Part shown: in pieces, positions 1 through 10,276 of the stretch
Numbering within the stretch: position 1 is the stretch's first letter
How the letters are laid out: each line of letters starts with the position of its first letter
Source: Polyangiales bacterium
GTDB lineage: Bacteria > Myxococcota_A > Polyangia > Polyangiales > JADJQN01
Reading direction: 5' to 3'
DNA length: 64,000 nt
Assembly (NCBI GenBank): GCA_964202905.1
Contig: CAXNJO010000003.1
Coordinates: 512,001-576,000, forward strand
Notes under the pieces: generated by a model
The model's database searches: none
The model's input: only the letters and a program-made list of their open reading frames with translations
What the model was told of the DNA's origin: nothing
Program-made: the position numbers and the translations under genes

Positions 1-309
1 CTCGCGCACGAACAAGAACAACGGGAACGCGCTCGCGAACGCGACGAACATCCCGAGCGCGACATACGCCCAGACCCAGCGCATCCCGAGGCGGCGCCCC
101 TCGGCGATCATCCACACGCTGCCCGCGCCCGCCGCCACGAGGATGTCCGCCGAGAGCGAGCCCCCGGCCGGCGTCGAGAAGGCCTCCGAGACGAACACCC
201 CCGGGTCGAACGCGCCGCCGTGGGCGACGGCGAAGGCCGCGTTGTACCACCACGGCCACACGGCCCCGATGAGCGCGAGGACGAGGTAAACGACCCGCAG
301 CGGGCTCAC
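1..309 (-). CDS. DUF2834-like membrane protein (3' end runs off window)
   Basis: Manual translation from GTG at 309: MSPLRVVYLVLALIGAVWPWWYN...SLSADILVAA...WMIAEGRRLGMRWVWAYVALGMFVAFASAFPLFLFVRE. It starts 7 nt after the bioB stop. Absent from the ORF track because no stop lies in the window. Confidence 0.75.
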   Translation of the reverse strand, partial: MSPLRVVYLVLALIGAVWPWWYNAAFAVAHGGAFDPGVFVSEAFSTPAGGSLSADILVAAGAGSVWMIAEGRRLGMRWVWAYVALGMFVAFASAFPLFLFVRE

Positions 310-316
310 GCGACGC

Positions 317-1357
317 TCAGTGCGCCGGGTGCACGACGGGCCCGGGGGCGCCCGCGTGCGCATGGGCGTGCGCGTGGGTGTGCCCGTCCTCGCGAAGCGA
401 GGTCTCGCTCGGCTCGAGCGGCGTGAGCCCCGCGTCGCGGAGGAGGCGCTGGTCGGCCTCGACGTCGGGGTTGCCCGTCGTGAGCAGCTTGTCGCCGTAG
501 AAGATGCTGTTCGCCCCCGCGAGGAAGCACAACAGCTGCGACTCGCGCGACAGCGCCTCGCGCCCAGCGCTGAGGCGCACCATCGCGCGCGGCATGACGA
601 TGCGCGCGGTCGCGATCATGCGGACGAGCTCGATCGGGTCGATGCGGGGCTGCGAGGCGAGCGGCGTGCCCTCGACCGGGACGAGCGCGTTCACCGGGAC
701 GCTCGAAGGGTGCGGGGTCATCCGCGCGAGCGTGACGAGCATGCGGCAGCGGTCCGTGATGCTCTCGCCCATCCCGATGATGCCGCCGCAGCACACACCG
801 ATCCCCGCGGACGTCACGCGCTCGAGGGTCGCGAGCCGCTCGTCGTAGGAGCGCGTCGTGATGATCGAACCGTAGTATTCGCGGCTCGTGTCGAGGTTGT
901 GGTTGTAGGCCGTGAGCCCGGCCTCCGCGAGCGCGCGGGCCTGGGCGTCGTCGAGCATGCCGAGCGTCGCGCACGCCTCCATGCCTAGCTCGCGGACGCC
1001 GCGCACCATCGAGAGCACCTGGTCGAACTGCTTGCCCTGCTTCGCGTCGCGCCAGGCCGCGCCCATGCAGAATCGCGAGGCGCCGTTCTCCCTCGCGCGG
1101 CGCGCCGAGGCGAGCACCTCCTCGACGCCGAGCAGCTTCTCCGGCTCCACGCTGCTCGCGTGGCGGGCGCTCTGCGGGCAATACGCGCAGTCTTCCGGGC
1201 AGCCGCCGGTCTTCACCGAGAGCAGCGTGCAGAGTTGCACCTTGTCCGGCGCGTGGTGGGCGCGGTGGACCGTCTGTGCGCGGTGCACGAGGTCGGTGAG
1301 CGGGAGGTCGTGGATCGCGCGGACCTCGGCGACGGTCCAGTCGTGGCGGGGCTCCAT
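317..1357 (-). CDS. bioB: Biotin synthase (radical SAM)
   Basis: [11 protein letters not shown] radical-SAM motif, [32 protein letters not shown]. Start placed at ATG of MEPRHDW. Confidence 0.97.
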   Translation of the reverse strand: MEPRHDWTVAEVRAIHDLPLTDLVHRAQTVHRAHHAPDKVQLCTLLSVKTGGCPEDCAYCPQSARHASSVEPEKLLGVEEVLASARRARENGASRFCMGAAWRDAKQGKQFDQVLSMVRGVRELGMEACATLGMLDDAQARALAEAGLTAYNHNLDTSREYYGSIITTRSYDERLATLERVTSAGIGVCCGGIIGMGESITDRCRMLVTLARMTPHPSSVPVNALVPVEGTPLASQPRIDPIELVRMIATARIVMPRAMVRLSAGREALSRESQLLCFLAGANSIFYGDKLLTTGNPDVEADQRLLRDAGLTPLEPSETSLREDGHTHAHAHAHAGAPGPVVHPAH

Positions 1358-1482
1358 GGGTCGGGAGGCGTAGCCCCGAACGGTGCCCGCGCGCAAGGCG
1401 CACCGCGGCAATCCACGTCCGGCGCACCGGCGCGCGGCTCGTTGCAACCGCCCACGGCGACGCGTACCGTGCCGCGGGTCTC

Positions 1483-2580
1483 GTGACCGACGAACGCCCC
1501 CCCGAGCCGGACGCGACGTCGGCGCCCGCCCGCGACGAGACCCGCACCTCGCCTTCGGCCCTTCCCGGGGCAGCGCGGCCGTTCACGCACGCGCCGTTGC
1601 TCGCCGCGCTCGCGGCCGTCGCAGCCCTCGCCGACACGCTCATCAGTCGACTCGTGGCCCCCACGCTCGCGCCGCGCGCGCCCCTGGCGGTCACGCGCGC
1701 GATCTTCGCGGCGGGCGACGTCGCGATGAACCTCGCCGCGGTCGCGGGGCTCGTGGCGCTCGGCAGCGTCGTGCTCGAAGCGCTTCGCCGCGGGCGGTTC
1801 GGCTCGCTGTTCCACCGCCTCACCGTCGCGGGCTTCGCAGGGGTGTTCCTGCCCAGCATCGCGCTGGCAGCGGTCCTGCCGCGCGCGCGCACCTCCCCGC
1901 AACTCGTGATCTTCGCGACGGGCGCAGCCTTCGTCCTTGCGTTGCTGTTCGGCGTGAGCGCGCTGCAGCGGCGGAGCGCGGCTCCCCTGCGGCTCGCGGT
2001 CGGACTCGTCACCGCGAGCGCCTGCGCGGGACTGCTCGGGATGCTCTGCCTCTACGCACCCTGGCTGGGGCGGCACGCGGGCGGCGAAGTCACGGCCGCG
2101 CTGCTCGGCCACGTGGCCGAGGTCGCGTGGCTCACGACGCCGCTCTGCGCGGCTGTCGCGCTGCGCCCTGAACTCGCCTCGCGCCGCGGGCGTGCGGCGC
2201 TCGTGGTCGCGCTCCTCCTCGGGACCGCCCTCTCCATCGGCTTCCGCACCCTGCGCGCCCTCGCCCGCGGACAGCTCGGCGACGTCCTTTACTACGCGTT
2301 CCGTGTGCAGCTCCTGCTCGAGACGGCGCCGCTCGCGTACACCGTCGGCATCACGCTCGTCGTGATGCTGGGCATCGTCGCGCTCCTCGCGCGCGAGTCG
2401 TGGCGCCGCCAAATTGGCACGGCCGTGCTCTTGCTGGTGGCCGCCGGGGTCACGCCGCGCATGCCCGGCACGCTGCTCATGTTCGTGCTCGGCGCCACCA
2501 TGCTCGGCCGCCTCGCGCTCGCTGACGCGCAGGCGGGCGCGAGCGACGACCAGACCGGGGACGCCCCGCCGTCGGCCTGA
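1483..2580 (+). CDS. Polytopic membrane protein of unknown function
   Basis: 365-aa ORF with about 10 hydrophobic segments and GC-ending codon bias. Fills the gap between bioB and the aminotransferase. Confidence 0.75.
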   Translation: MTDERPPEPDATSAPARDETRTSPSALPGAARPFTHAPLLAALAAVAALADTLISRLVAPTLAPRAPLAVTRAIFAAGDVAMNLAAVAGLVALGSVVLEALRRGRFGSLFHRLTVAGFAGVFLPSIALAAVLPRARTSPQLVIFATGAAFVLALLFGVSALQRRSAAPLRLAVGLVTASACAGLLGMLCLYAPWLGRHAGGEVTAALLGHVAEVAWLTTPLCAAVALRPELASRRGRAALVVALLLGTALSIGFRTLRALARGQLGDVLYYAFRVQLLLETAPLAYTVGITLVVMLGIVALLARESWRRQIGTAVLLLVAAGVTPRMPGTLLMFVLGATMLGRLALADAQAGASDDQTGDAPPSA

Positions 2581-2640
2581 GCCGCGAGGCCCCGCGTTGC
2601 CGGCGGGGGTGCCCTCCGCGAGCGCGCCCCCGCGCCCGGC

Positions 2641-3843
2641 TCAGCGGAGCGCGGCGATGGCCTCACCGATGCGGCGGACGCCCTCGCGGATCAACTCCAC
2701 GGAGGTGGCGTACGAGAGCCGCACATAACCCGGCGCGCCGAAGGGCGTGCCCGGCACCACCGCGACGCGCGCCTCCTCGAGGAGCCACTGCGCGACGCCG
2801 ATGTCGTCCGTAAGCACACCCGTGGCCGTCCGCTTGCCGTAGAGCCCGACGATGCTCGGGAAGGCGTAGAACGCGCCCTCCGGCATACGGCAGTGGATCC
2901 CCGGCAGCGCGGCCAGCCCACCGACCATGGCCTGACGGCGCTCGTCGAACGTGCGGTGCATCGCCTCGAAGGCCTCCTCGGGCCCCTCGAGCGCGGCGAT
3001 CGCCGCGAACTGCGCGGCGGCCGTCGGGTTCGTCGTGCTCTGGCCCTGCACCATGTCGACGGCCTCGCAGAGCGCCTTCGGCGCGAGGATCCAGCCGATG
3101 CGCCAGCCCGTCATCGCGTAGGTCTTCGAGACACCATCGACGACGATGGTGCGGTCCTTCAGGTCGGGCGCCACCTCGAGGATCGAGCGCTGCTCGAAGC
3201 CGCCGTACACGAGGCGCGCGTAGATCTCGTCGGTGATGATCCAGAAGTCGTGCTTGCGCGCGACCGCCGCGATCGCCTCGAGCTGCGCGGGCGAGTACGC
3301 CGAGCCCGTCGGGTTCGACGGGGTGCACAGCACGAGCGCCTTCGTGCGCGGCGTGATAGCGGCCTCGAGCGCCGCGGCCGAGAGCACGAACCCCTCGTCC
3401 TCGCGCGTCTCGACGACGACCGGCGTCGCGCCGAGCATGCGCACCTGCTCGGGGTAGCTCACCCAGTACGGCGCGGGGATGATGACCTCGTCACCCTCCT
3501 CGTAGAGCGCGAGCGCGAGGTTGAAGAGCGAGTGCTTCGCGCCGACCGAGACGACGACCTCTTCGGGCGCGTGCGCGACGCCACCGCGCCGACGCTTGGA
3601 GTCGGCGCAGATCGCTTCGCGCAGCTTCGGCAGGCCGCGGACCGCGGTGTAGTGGCTCGCGCCCTCGTCGATCGCGCGCTTCGCGGCCTCGCGGATGTGC
3701 CCCGGCGTTTGGAAATCGGGCTCGCCGACGCCGAAGGAGATGACGTCGATGCCCTTCTTGCGGAGCTCGGTGGCCCGCTGCGAGATGGCGAGCGTGGCGG
3801 AGGGTTGGACACTCTGCAGGCGCGTGGCGAGGCGGCGGGTCAA
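2641..3843 (-). CDS. aspC: PLP-dependent class I/II aminotransferase (aspartate aminotransferase-like)
   Basis: GVGEPDF, PSNPTG, DEIY, SKTYAMTGWRIG (PLP lysine), VRLSYA. Confidence 0.92.
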   Translation of the reverse strand: MTRRLATRLQSVQPSATLAISQRATELRKKGIDVISFGVGEPDFQTPGHIREAAKRAIDEGASHYTAVRGLPKLREAICADSKRRRGGVAHAPEEVVVSVGAKHSLFNLALALYEEGDEVIIPAPYWVSYPEQVRMLGATPVVVETREDEGFVLSAAALEAAITPRTKALVLCTPSNPTGSAYSPAQLEAIAAVARKHDFWIITDEIYARLVYGGFEQRSILEVAPDLKDRTIVVDGVSKTYAMTGWRIGWILAPKALCEAVDMVQGQSTTNPTAAAQFAAIAALEGPEEAFEAMHRTFDERRQAMVGGLAALPGIHCRMPEGAFYAFPSIVGLYGKRTATGVLTDDIGVAQWLLEEARVAVVPGTPFGAPGYVRLSYATSVELIREGVRRIGEAIAALR

Positions 3844-3876
3844 GGCAGGCTCCTGGGCTTCACGGGGCGTCGCGCC

Positions 3877-4326
3877 TCAGCCCGGCGCGGCAGACGGGTT
3901 CTTCACGACCATCACGGTGCAATGCGCACCGCGAACGACGTTCTCAGCGACGCTCCCGAGGAGCATCCGCTCGAGCCCCTGCCGACCGCTCGTCCCGACG
4001 ACGATCCCGTCGACGGCGTGCTCGGCGGCGACGCGCAGGATCTCGGTGTCAGGCCGCCCGTGGACCGCGCGGTAGCGAAGCGCGATGGCGCCGGTGAGCG
4101 GCGTCCCGTCCGCGGCCACCAACTCACGCTCAGCGACCAAACGCATGCGCCCCACCGCCTGCTCGATGTCGAGGAGCACGGCGTCCGCGGCGGACGGCGG
4201 CTCGGCGCCGAGCACGTGCAGGAAGTAGATCTCCCCGGCCGACAGCCCGAGCGCGTACTGCGCCGCGAAGCGACACGCCGGGCGCGAGACCTCGGTGAAG
4301 TCCATCGCGACGAGGAGCTTGATCAC
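3877..4326 (-). CDS. Universal stress protein (UspA family)
   Basis: KLLVAMDF at the N-terminus; GIVVGTSGRQGLERMLLGSVAENVVRGAHCTVMVV. Confidence 0.93.
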   Translation of the reverse strand: MIKLLVAMDFTEVSRPACRFAAQYALGLSAGEIYFLHVLGAEPPSAADAVLLDIEQAVGRMRLVAERELVAADGTPLTGAIALRYRAVHGRPDTEILRVAAEHAVDGIVVGTSGRQGLERMLLGSVAENVVRGAHCTVMVVKNPSAAPG

Positions 4327-4443
4327 GCGGCGCCTTGTACCACGAAAGAAGCGCCCACTCGACGCACAGCGTCAAGACGGGCGCTTCGGGTGGCCTCGCG
4401 GTGCCGGACCGGGGTCAGCCGGTCGCGGCGCGCGGGAAGGCGG

Positions 4444-6069
4444 TCAAATCAGGATCACGCCGCCCTCGGGCGGCACGACGATGTAGACGTTGCGGAAGTC
4501 GAGGTCGGCGACGCCGTTGCCGACGACGATGATGCGCGCCTGGTGGATCTCGGTGCGCAGCGGCGTCGGGCGCACGTCGTTCCAGAAGTCGATCGCGAAC
4601 TCGACCTGCGTCCCCGGGATGACCTGGTAGAAGGTCGTGTCGTCCTTCGAGTTGTACGTGACGCCCGGGATCGGGCCGATCTCACCGCCCGGCCCGAAGC
4701 CCTCGACGGGGATGATGGCCTTGATGAACAGCCGCGCGTCGAACTCGTCCGGGTTGCCCGGGACGTTCTCGGTGCGCGTGCTGACGTCCTGCGGCGTGCC
4801 GCCGACGAGCGAGGTGATGCCGTCGATGATCTGGTCGGAGGTGGTCGACGCCGGCCCCGTGAAGACGAGCGGCGTGCCGTCGGAGCGCACGCTGCCCGTG
4901 CGGCGGGCCATCTCCTCCATGTCCGGCCCCGACCCCGCGAAGCCGACGTTCGCCCCGATGAAGCGCGCGCCGATCGCGTTCATCGCGTCGACCGCCATGC
5001 TGAACGACACGGGCCCCCTGATCCCGGCGTAGTCGTTGAACGGGTCAACACCGTTGTGCCAGGGCGCGTCCGAGACGAGCACGACGATCGGAAGGGAACC
5101 CGGGCGGAAGCACGGATAGCCGCGGCGCACGCCCATCTCGTCCGGGATGCTCGGGCAGGAGCGCGGCGGAATCGTCCCGACGCCGCGGGTGTCGTCGTCA
5201 TACGTCATCCCGGCGCCCGAGGCGGTGAGGTACACGGCGGCCGTGTTCGACTCGGGCGTGTCGTTGCCGCTGTTGGCCGTGAGCGAGAGCGCGCCGTTCA
5301 CGCGTCCGAGGTCAGCGGTGATGTCCTCCAGGTGCGCGTAGGGAACGTCACCCGAGAAGGCATCGCCGTAGAACCCTGTCGGGAAGTCGTCGAAGCGCCC
5401 CACGCCGAACTGCGCATCGCGCACGAGCCCCGAGACCGCTGATGCGATCGAACGCAACGACGAGTTCACGTCATCGATCGCCGACTGCATCGACCCCGTG
5501 GTGTCGATCAGGAAGTAGACGTCGGCCTTCGAGATGTTCGTGCCGAAACGAAGCGGGCGCATCACGCGCTCGCCGTTGTAGGGCAGCACGACGAAGTAGT
5601 CGGTCGGCGGGACGACGCTCGACGGGTCCGTGGGGCTGGTGCCCGCGGTGCGCTCGACGAGGTCCGTGAAGCCGTCGCTGTCGGTGTCCGGGTTCGTCGG
5701 GTCGGTGCCGCCCGCGACCTCGTCGCCGTCGAGCACGCCATCGTTGTCGGAGTCGACGTCCTGGAAATCGGGGATGAAATCGCCGTCGGAGTCGCGCGGC
5801 GAGCACTCGCCGGCGCTTCCGGCCTCCGCCGAGTCGGGTACGCCGTCGGCGTCGTCGTCCGGGTTGCCGACGCCAGCCCCCTCGAGCGAGTCGGCGATGC
5901 CGTTGCCGTCGCTGTCGCCCGGGGTGCACGGGCGCGTCGACCCGTCGCGCGGCGGGACGACGCCTCCGTCGCGCGTGCCGCGCACACCGCGACCGCGCTC
6001 GTCGCCGCAACCCGTGGCGACGAGGCCGAGCGCGAGCGACAACGTGAGGATTCGAAAGCGGATTCGCAT
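4444..6069 (-). CDS. Lipoprotein with thrombospondin type-3-like Ca-binding repeats and beta-integrin-like vWA domain (CglD-like), paralog 1
   Basis: GGAGGAG RBS, lipobox VATGC, DxDxDG repeats, DVYFLIDTTGSM (MIDAS-like), FGVGRFDD, GNDTPES, VSDAPWHNG. Confidence 0.85.
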   Translation of the reverse strand: MRIRFRILTLSLALGLVATGCGDERGRGVRGTRDGGVVPPRDGSTRPCTPGDSDGNGIADSLEGAGVGNPDDDADGVPDSAEAGSAGECSPRDSDGDFIPDFQDVDSDNDGVLDGDEVAGGTDPTNPDTDSDGFTDLVERTAGTSPTDPSSVVPPTDYFVVLPYNGERVMRPLRFGTNISKADVYFLIDTTGSMQSAIDDVNSSLRSIASAVSGLVRDAQFGVGRFDDFPTGFYGDAFSGDVPYAHLEDITADLGRVNGALSLTANSGNDTPESNTAAVYLTASGAGMTYDDDTRGVGTIPPRSCPSIPDEMGVRRGYPCFRPGSLPIVVLVSDAPWHNGVDPFNDYAGIRGPVSFSMAVDAMNAIGARFIGANVGFAGSGPDMEEMARRTGSVRSDGTPLVFTGPASTTSDQIIDGITSLVGGTPQDVSTRTENVPGNPDEFDARLFIKAIIPVEGFGPGGEIGPIPGVTYNSKDDTTFYQVIPGTQVEFAIDFWNDVRPTPLRTEIHQARIIVVGNGVADLDFRNVYIVVPPEGGVILI

Positions 6070-6110
6070 GAGACGCGCTCCTCCCGCGGCGATGCCGCGG
6101 GCCTGTCGAC

Positions 6111-6146
6111 GAAGAAAAGGGGGAAAGGCGGCGGGAGGCGCCCGCC
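6111..6146 (-). terminator. Putative intrinsic terminator/attenuator between vWA paralogs 2 and 1
   Basis: Right after the stop on the minus strand: GGCGGG-CGCCT-CCCGCC hairpin, then a pyrimidine/U-rich tract. Confidence 0.45.
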
Positions 6147-7871
6147 TCAGATCAGGATCGGGCCGCCCTCGGGCGGCACGACGATGTACACGTTGCGGAA
6201 GTCGAGGTCGGCGACGCCGTTGCCGACGACGATGATGCGCGCCTGGTGGATCTCGGTGCGCGCCGGCGTCGGGCGCACGTCGTTCCAGAAGTCGATCGCG
6301 AACTCGACCTGCGTGCCCGGGATGACCTGATAGAAGGTCGTTTCGTCCTTCGAGGTGTAGGTGATACCGGGGATGGGGCCGATCTCGCCGCCCGAGCCGA
6401 AGCCCTCGACCGGCACGATCGTCTTGATGAACAGGGTCGCGTCGAACTCGTCCGGGTTGCCGGGGACGTTCTGCGTGCGCGTGCTGACGTCCTGCGGCGT
6501 GCCGCCGACGAGCTGGCCGACCGCATCGACGACGGCGGTGCCGAGCCCGCTGCCGTTCGACGCGATGTCGAAGACGAGCGGCATGCCGCCGACCGTCACG
6601 GCGCCGGTGTCCCGCGCGGTCTGCTCGTAGTCGCTGCGCAGGCTGGAGCCCGTGCCGCCCGAGAACACGCCGATCACGCGCCCACCGATCCCGTTCAGCG
6701 CGGCGACCGTCTCGGCGTAGCTCGGCGAGGGGAAGGAGTAGGGCTCCGTGCCGCCCGGCCCGTTGTGGAAGTTGAAGTCGCCGAACAGCAGGATGATCGG
6801 CAGCGCCCCGGGTCGGAAGCAGGGGTAGCCCCGGCGCACGCCCAACTCGTCCGGGACCGACGCGCACGCGGGGGCCCCAGGAATGGACCCGCCCGGCCAG
6901 CTCAGCCCCATCCCCGTCGCGGTCGCGTAGAGCGCCGGGACGTATGACTCAGGACCGTCCGAGCCGCCGTGACATGGCAGTCCCTCGACCGCATCGAGGA
7001 TGTCCCAGCGCCCGTTCGGGCCGCCGCTGATGCGGCCGATGTCGCTCGTTCCTGCGCTCCGCGGGCAGGTCGTCGGCCCCGCGGGGATGGACCAGCCGCC
7101 GATGTCCTCGTCCGCCGGTCCGATGCTGCGGAGCAGGTAGAACGGGAGGTCGGGCGCGGAACCGAAGGAGGCGTAGGGGTAGTCGTCGAAACCGCCCGCG
7201 CCGAACTGGACGTTCGGGATGGCCGCGGCGATGCCCGGGATGATCGTGTCGACGAGGCCGCGGATGAGGTTCGTGCGCTCGCCGCCCATCGAGCCCGTCA
7301 TGTCGACGAGGAAGAAGACGTCGGCCTTCGAGATGTTCGTGCCGAAACGAAGCGGGCGCATCACGCGCTCGCCGTTGTAGGGCAGCACGACGAAGTAGTC
7401 GGTCGCCGGGACGGTGCTCGAAGGGTCGGTCGGGCTCGTGCCCGCGGCGCGCTCGACGAGATCCGTGTACCCGTCGCCGTCGGTGTCTGGATTCGTCGGG
7501 TCGGTCCCCGCGGCGACCTCGTCGCCATCGGGGATGCCGTCGTTGTCGGAGTCGGTGTCCTGGTAATCGGGTCTCCCGTCGCCGTCCGTGTCGCGCGGCG
7601 AGCACGGGCCGCCGGTCCCCGCTTCGGCGGCGTCCGGGACGCCGTCGGCGTCGTCGTCCGGGTTGCCGACGCCCGTGCCCTCGAGCACGTCGGCGATGCC
7701 GTTGCCGTCGGAGTCTGCCGGATCGCAGGGCCGCACGGCGCCATCGGTGCCGCCGCCGGAACCCGCGTCGCGGGCGCCTCGTCGGCCCCCGACGCGGCTG
7801 TCCTCACAGCCGAACAGGGCCAAGCAGACGAGCGCGAGACCGACCCCGAGACCGAAGCGACGACGTACCAT
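6147..7871 (-). CDS. Lipoprotein with TSP3-like repeats and beta-integrin-like vWA domain, paralog 2
   Basis: Lipobox LFGC, DxDxDG repeats, DVFFLVDMTGSM, FGAGGFDD, GSDGPES, FGDFNFHNG. C-terminus nearly identical to paralog 1. Confidence 0.85.
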   Translation of the reverse strand: MVRRRFGLGVGLALVCLALFGCEDSRVGGRRGARDAGSGGGTDGAVRPCDPADSDGNGIADVLEGTGVGNPDDDADGVPDAAEAGTGGPCSPRDTDGDGRPDYQDTDSDNDGIPDGDEVAAGTDPTNPDTDGDGYTDLVERAAGTSPTDPSSTVPATDYFVVLPYNGERVMRPLRFGTNISKADVFFLVDMTGSMGGERTNLIRGLVDTIIPGIAAAIPNVQFGAGGFDDYPYASFGSAPDLPFYLLRSIGPADEDIGGWSIPAGPTTCPRSAGTSDIGRISGGPNGRWDILDAVEGLPCHGGSDGPESYVPALYATATGMGLSWPGGSIPGAPACASVPDELGVRRGYPCFRPGALPIILLFGDFNFHNGPGGTEPYSFPSPSYAETVAALNGIGGRVIGVFSGGTGSSLRSDYEQTARDTGAVTVGGMPLVFDIASNGSGLGTAVVDAVGQLVGGTPQDVSTRTQNVPGNPDEFDATLFIKTIVPVEGFGSGGEIGPIPGITYTSKDETTFYQVIPGTQVEFAIDFWNDVRPTPARTEIHQARIIVVGNGVADLDFRNVYIVVPPEGGPILI

Positions 7872-7942
7872 GGGACCTCCCGGCGCCGCTCGGCGGCGCG
7901 AACCGCGATTGTCTCAGATCACAGGCTCGTGCGACAGGGGGC

Positions 7943-7958
7943 AGCGATTCCGGTGCCC
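7943..7958 (-). promoter_or_regulatory. Possible sigma54 (-24/-12) promoter of vWA paralog 2, embedded in an inverted repeat
   Basis: Minus strand GGGCAC-CGGAA-TCGCT (GG-N10-GC), 72 nt from the ATG. Lies within the CAGGGGGCA...TGCCCCCTG hairpin. Confidence 0.35.
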
Positions 7959-7968
7959 CCTGCGACGC

Positions 7969-10206
7969 TCAGCCGAACGGAACCGGGTTCGCCGGCACGA
8001 CGATGTAGACCTCGCGCGTGTCGAGGATCGCCGAGCCGCCCCCGCGCACGTCGATGTAGGCGACGAACAGCTCCGCGCGATCCGTCCCGCGAAAGAAGTC
8101 GTTCTGGAATGTGATCTGGAAGGTCACGCGCGTTCCCGGGATCACCCCGAAGAAGGTCGACGTGTCGATGAACGCGACCGCCTGATCCGACAACACGCCG
8201 GCCGGCGCCTCGAAGCACGGCGTGATCGCGGGCGTCGCTCGGCAGCCGGGCGTGCGGCGCTTCACGAACATCGCCGCGTTCGCGAGCAGGCTCGGCTCGC
8301 CGCGCAGGCCCGTGTCGACGTCGAGCGGGACGCGCGTCGCGACCGTCTCGACGGCCTGCACGACGGTGTCCGCGAAGACGGTCGTCGAGGCGGTGTTCGG
8401 CAGGTCGTAGACGAGCGGGTTGCTGTCGAGGTCGACGGAGCCCGTCTCCTCGGCGGTGCGCTTCAGGAAGTAGCAGGGGCTGAAGCCGTCCGGCGCCGTC
8501 GGCCCGGCGCACGAGCTCCCGGAGGACGCGTTCACGCCGATGAACTTCGCACCGCGGACGTTCATCGCGGCGATGGCCTCCTCCCAGGTGGGCAGGACAG
8601 GCGTGACCATCGAGTAAGGCTCGCAGCTCGAGTCCTCGCCCGGCGGGCCGTTGTGCGAGCAGATGTCGGTGAAGAGGATGACGATCGGCAGCGCCGCTTC
8701 ACGGAAACAGGGCGCGCCCCAGCCGCCATCGAGGCACATGCCGACGTAGTTCGGCATGGTGTAGGTCGCCGCGCCACCGAAGCCGCCGCCGTACATCCAC
8801 GTGCCGCCGGCGCCCGTGACGATCTGGTGGAGGGCGATCGTCTGCGACTCGGGGCCGTCTGAGCCGCCGTGCATCATGATGCCGTTGAAAGCGCTCTGCA
8901 CGGCGCTCGCCATGTCGGGCGGCGTCATGCGGATCGCGAGGATGAACGGCTCGTCCGGCGACGAGCCCCAGCTCGAGAACGGCACGTCATCGTGCTGACC
9001 GCCGCCGAACCACGCGTCGGGGATCGTCGTGCCGATGCGGTCGATGAGTCCGGTGCCCGGCGTCGTGACGGTCGCCTTCACGTTGTCGACCGTGCCGCCC
9101 ATCGAACCGGTGGTGTCGGTGATGAAGAAGATGTCCGCGACGCGGATGCTCGTGCTGAAGTCGAGGACGCGCGTCTGCGGCGCACCGCCGTACGGGAGCA
9201 CGAGGTAGAAGTCCTCGCTGCGGATCGTGCAGGACGCACGCGCGCCGCACTGGCAGATGGTCGGATCGACGCCCGCGGCCGGCACGCCGCCGGGGCAGTT
9301 GCGCTCGGCGTACGCGCCCTCGAAAAGGTCATCGACGCCGTCGTCGTCCGTGTCGAACCGGCAGGGGTCGCTGCCGACCGCGATCTCCTGGCCGTCGGAG
9401 AGTCCGTCGTTGTCGCTGTCGGTGTCGATGAAGTTCGAGTAGCCGTCACCCGGGTACGCCGAGCCGTCCTCGTTGAGCGGCGTGCGCGTGATCGGGCTGA
9501 CCTCTTCGCCGCACACTTGGGGCGGCGTGGTCACGTCGCCGTCGCCGGCCTCGAGCGAGTCGTTCACGCCGTCGCCGTCCGCGTCGAGGTCGCGGAAGTT
9601 CGCCGCGCCGTCCCCGTCGAGGTCCATGCCGCCCTCGAACTGATCCGGGATGGTGTCCCCATCCGAGTCGAGGTCCTGGAGGTCGGGGGTGCCGTCCGCG
9701 TCGGTGTCGGCGGCCATCGGCCCGGGGCCGAACTCGAGGGTGTTCGAGATGCCGTCGCCGTCGAGGTCGTTCTCGCGCCAGTCGGGCACACCGTCGCCGT
9801 CCGTGTCGCCGGTCTGCGTCGCGTCGTCGAGGCCATCGGCGTTCGCGTCGCGATCGAGGAAATCAGGCGTCCCGTCGGCGTCGGAGTCGCTCGGGACCGT
9901 GCCGCAGCTGCTGTCGCCGGCCTCGAGGCGGTCCAGGATTCCGTCTCCGTCGGAGTCCGTGTCGGCCGCGTTCGGCGTCCCGTCGCCGTCGACGTCGCCG
10001 CTTCCCTCATCCATCGCGCTGATGAGGTCCATGTCGGCGTCGTCCTCGGGGCTGCAGCGCACCATCGGACCGCCGCTGTCGAGGGCACCGGCATCGACGC
10101 GGGGCCCCGGCGGTGTCGGGGTGTCGTCGTCGTCGCCGCAGCCGACGAAACCGAGAGACGCAGCAAGCACGAGGATGAGCGACCAGGAACGCGGGCGGAG
10201 GGACAT
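7969..10206 (-). CDS. Lipoprotein with extended TSP3-like repeat array and beta-integrin-like vWA domain, paralog 3
   Basis: Lipobox FVGC, more than 10 DxDxDG repeats, DIFFITDTTGSM, FGGGQHDD, GSDGPES, FTDICSHNG. Confidence 0.85.
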   Translation of the reverse strand: MSLRPRSWSLILVLAASLGFVGCGDDDDTPTPPGPRVDAGALDSGGPMVRCSPEDDADMDLISAMDEGSGDVDGDGTPNAADTDSDGDGILDRLEAGDSSCGTVPSDSDADGTPDFLDRDANADGLDDATQTGDTDGDGVPDWRENDLDGDGISNTLEFGPGPMAADTDADGTPDLQDLDSDGDTIPDQFEGGMDLDGDGAANFRDLDADGDGVNDSLEAGDGDVTTPPQVCGEEVSPITRTPLNEDGSAYPGDGYSNFIDTDSDNDGLSDGQEIAVGSDPCRFDTDDDGVDDLFEGAYAERNCPGGVPAAGVDPTICQCGARASCTIRSEDFYLVLPYGGAPQTRVLDFSTSIRVADIFFITDTTGSMGGTVDNVKATVTTPGTGLIDRIGTTIPDAWFGGGQHDDVPFSSWGSSPDEPFILAIRMTPPDMASAVQSAFNGIMMHGGSDGPESQTIALHQIVTGAGGTWMYGGGFGGAATYTMPNYVGMCLDGGWGAPCFREAALPIVILFTDICSHNGPPGEDSSCEPYSMVTPVLPTWEEAIAAMNVRGAKFIGVNASSGSSCAGPTAPDGFSPCYFLKRTAEETGSVDLDSNPLVYDLPNTASTTVFADTVVQAVETVATRVPLDVDTGLRGEPSLLANAAMFVKRRTPGCRATPAITPCFEAPAGVLSDQAVAFIDTSTFFGVIPGTRVTFQITFQNDFFRGTDRAELFVAYIDVRGGGSAILDTREVYIVVPANPVPFG

Positions 10207-10276
10207 CGAAATAACTCCCGTGGAGACGTGCCGGGGGCGTGGCCACGGGCGCAGGCCCATGGACAAGCGCGTACTA

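Noticed and set aside
6070..6867. Apparent overlap/fusion of vWA paralogs 1 and 2 (ORF 4444..6867)
   Set aside because: The upstream part is an off-frame read of paralog 2. Paralog 1 has its own RBS, ATG (6069) and signal peptide.
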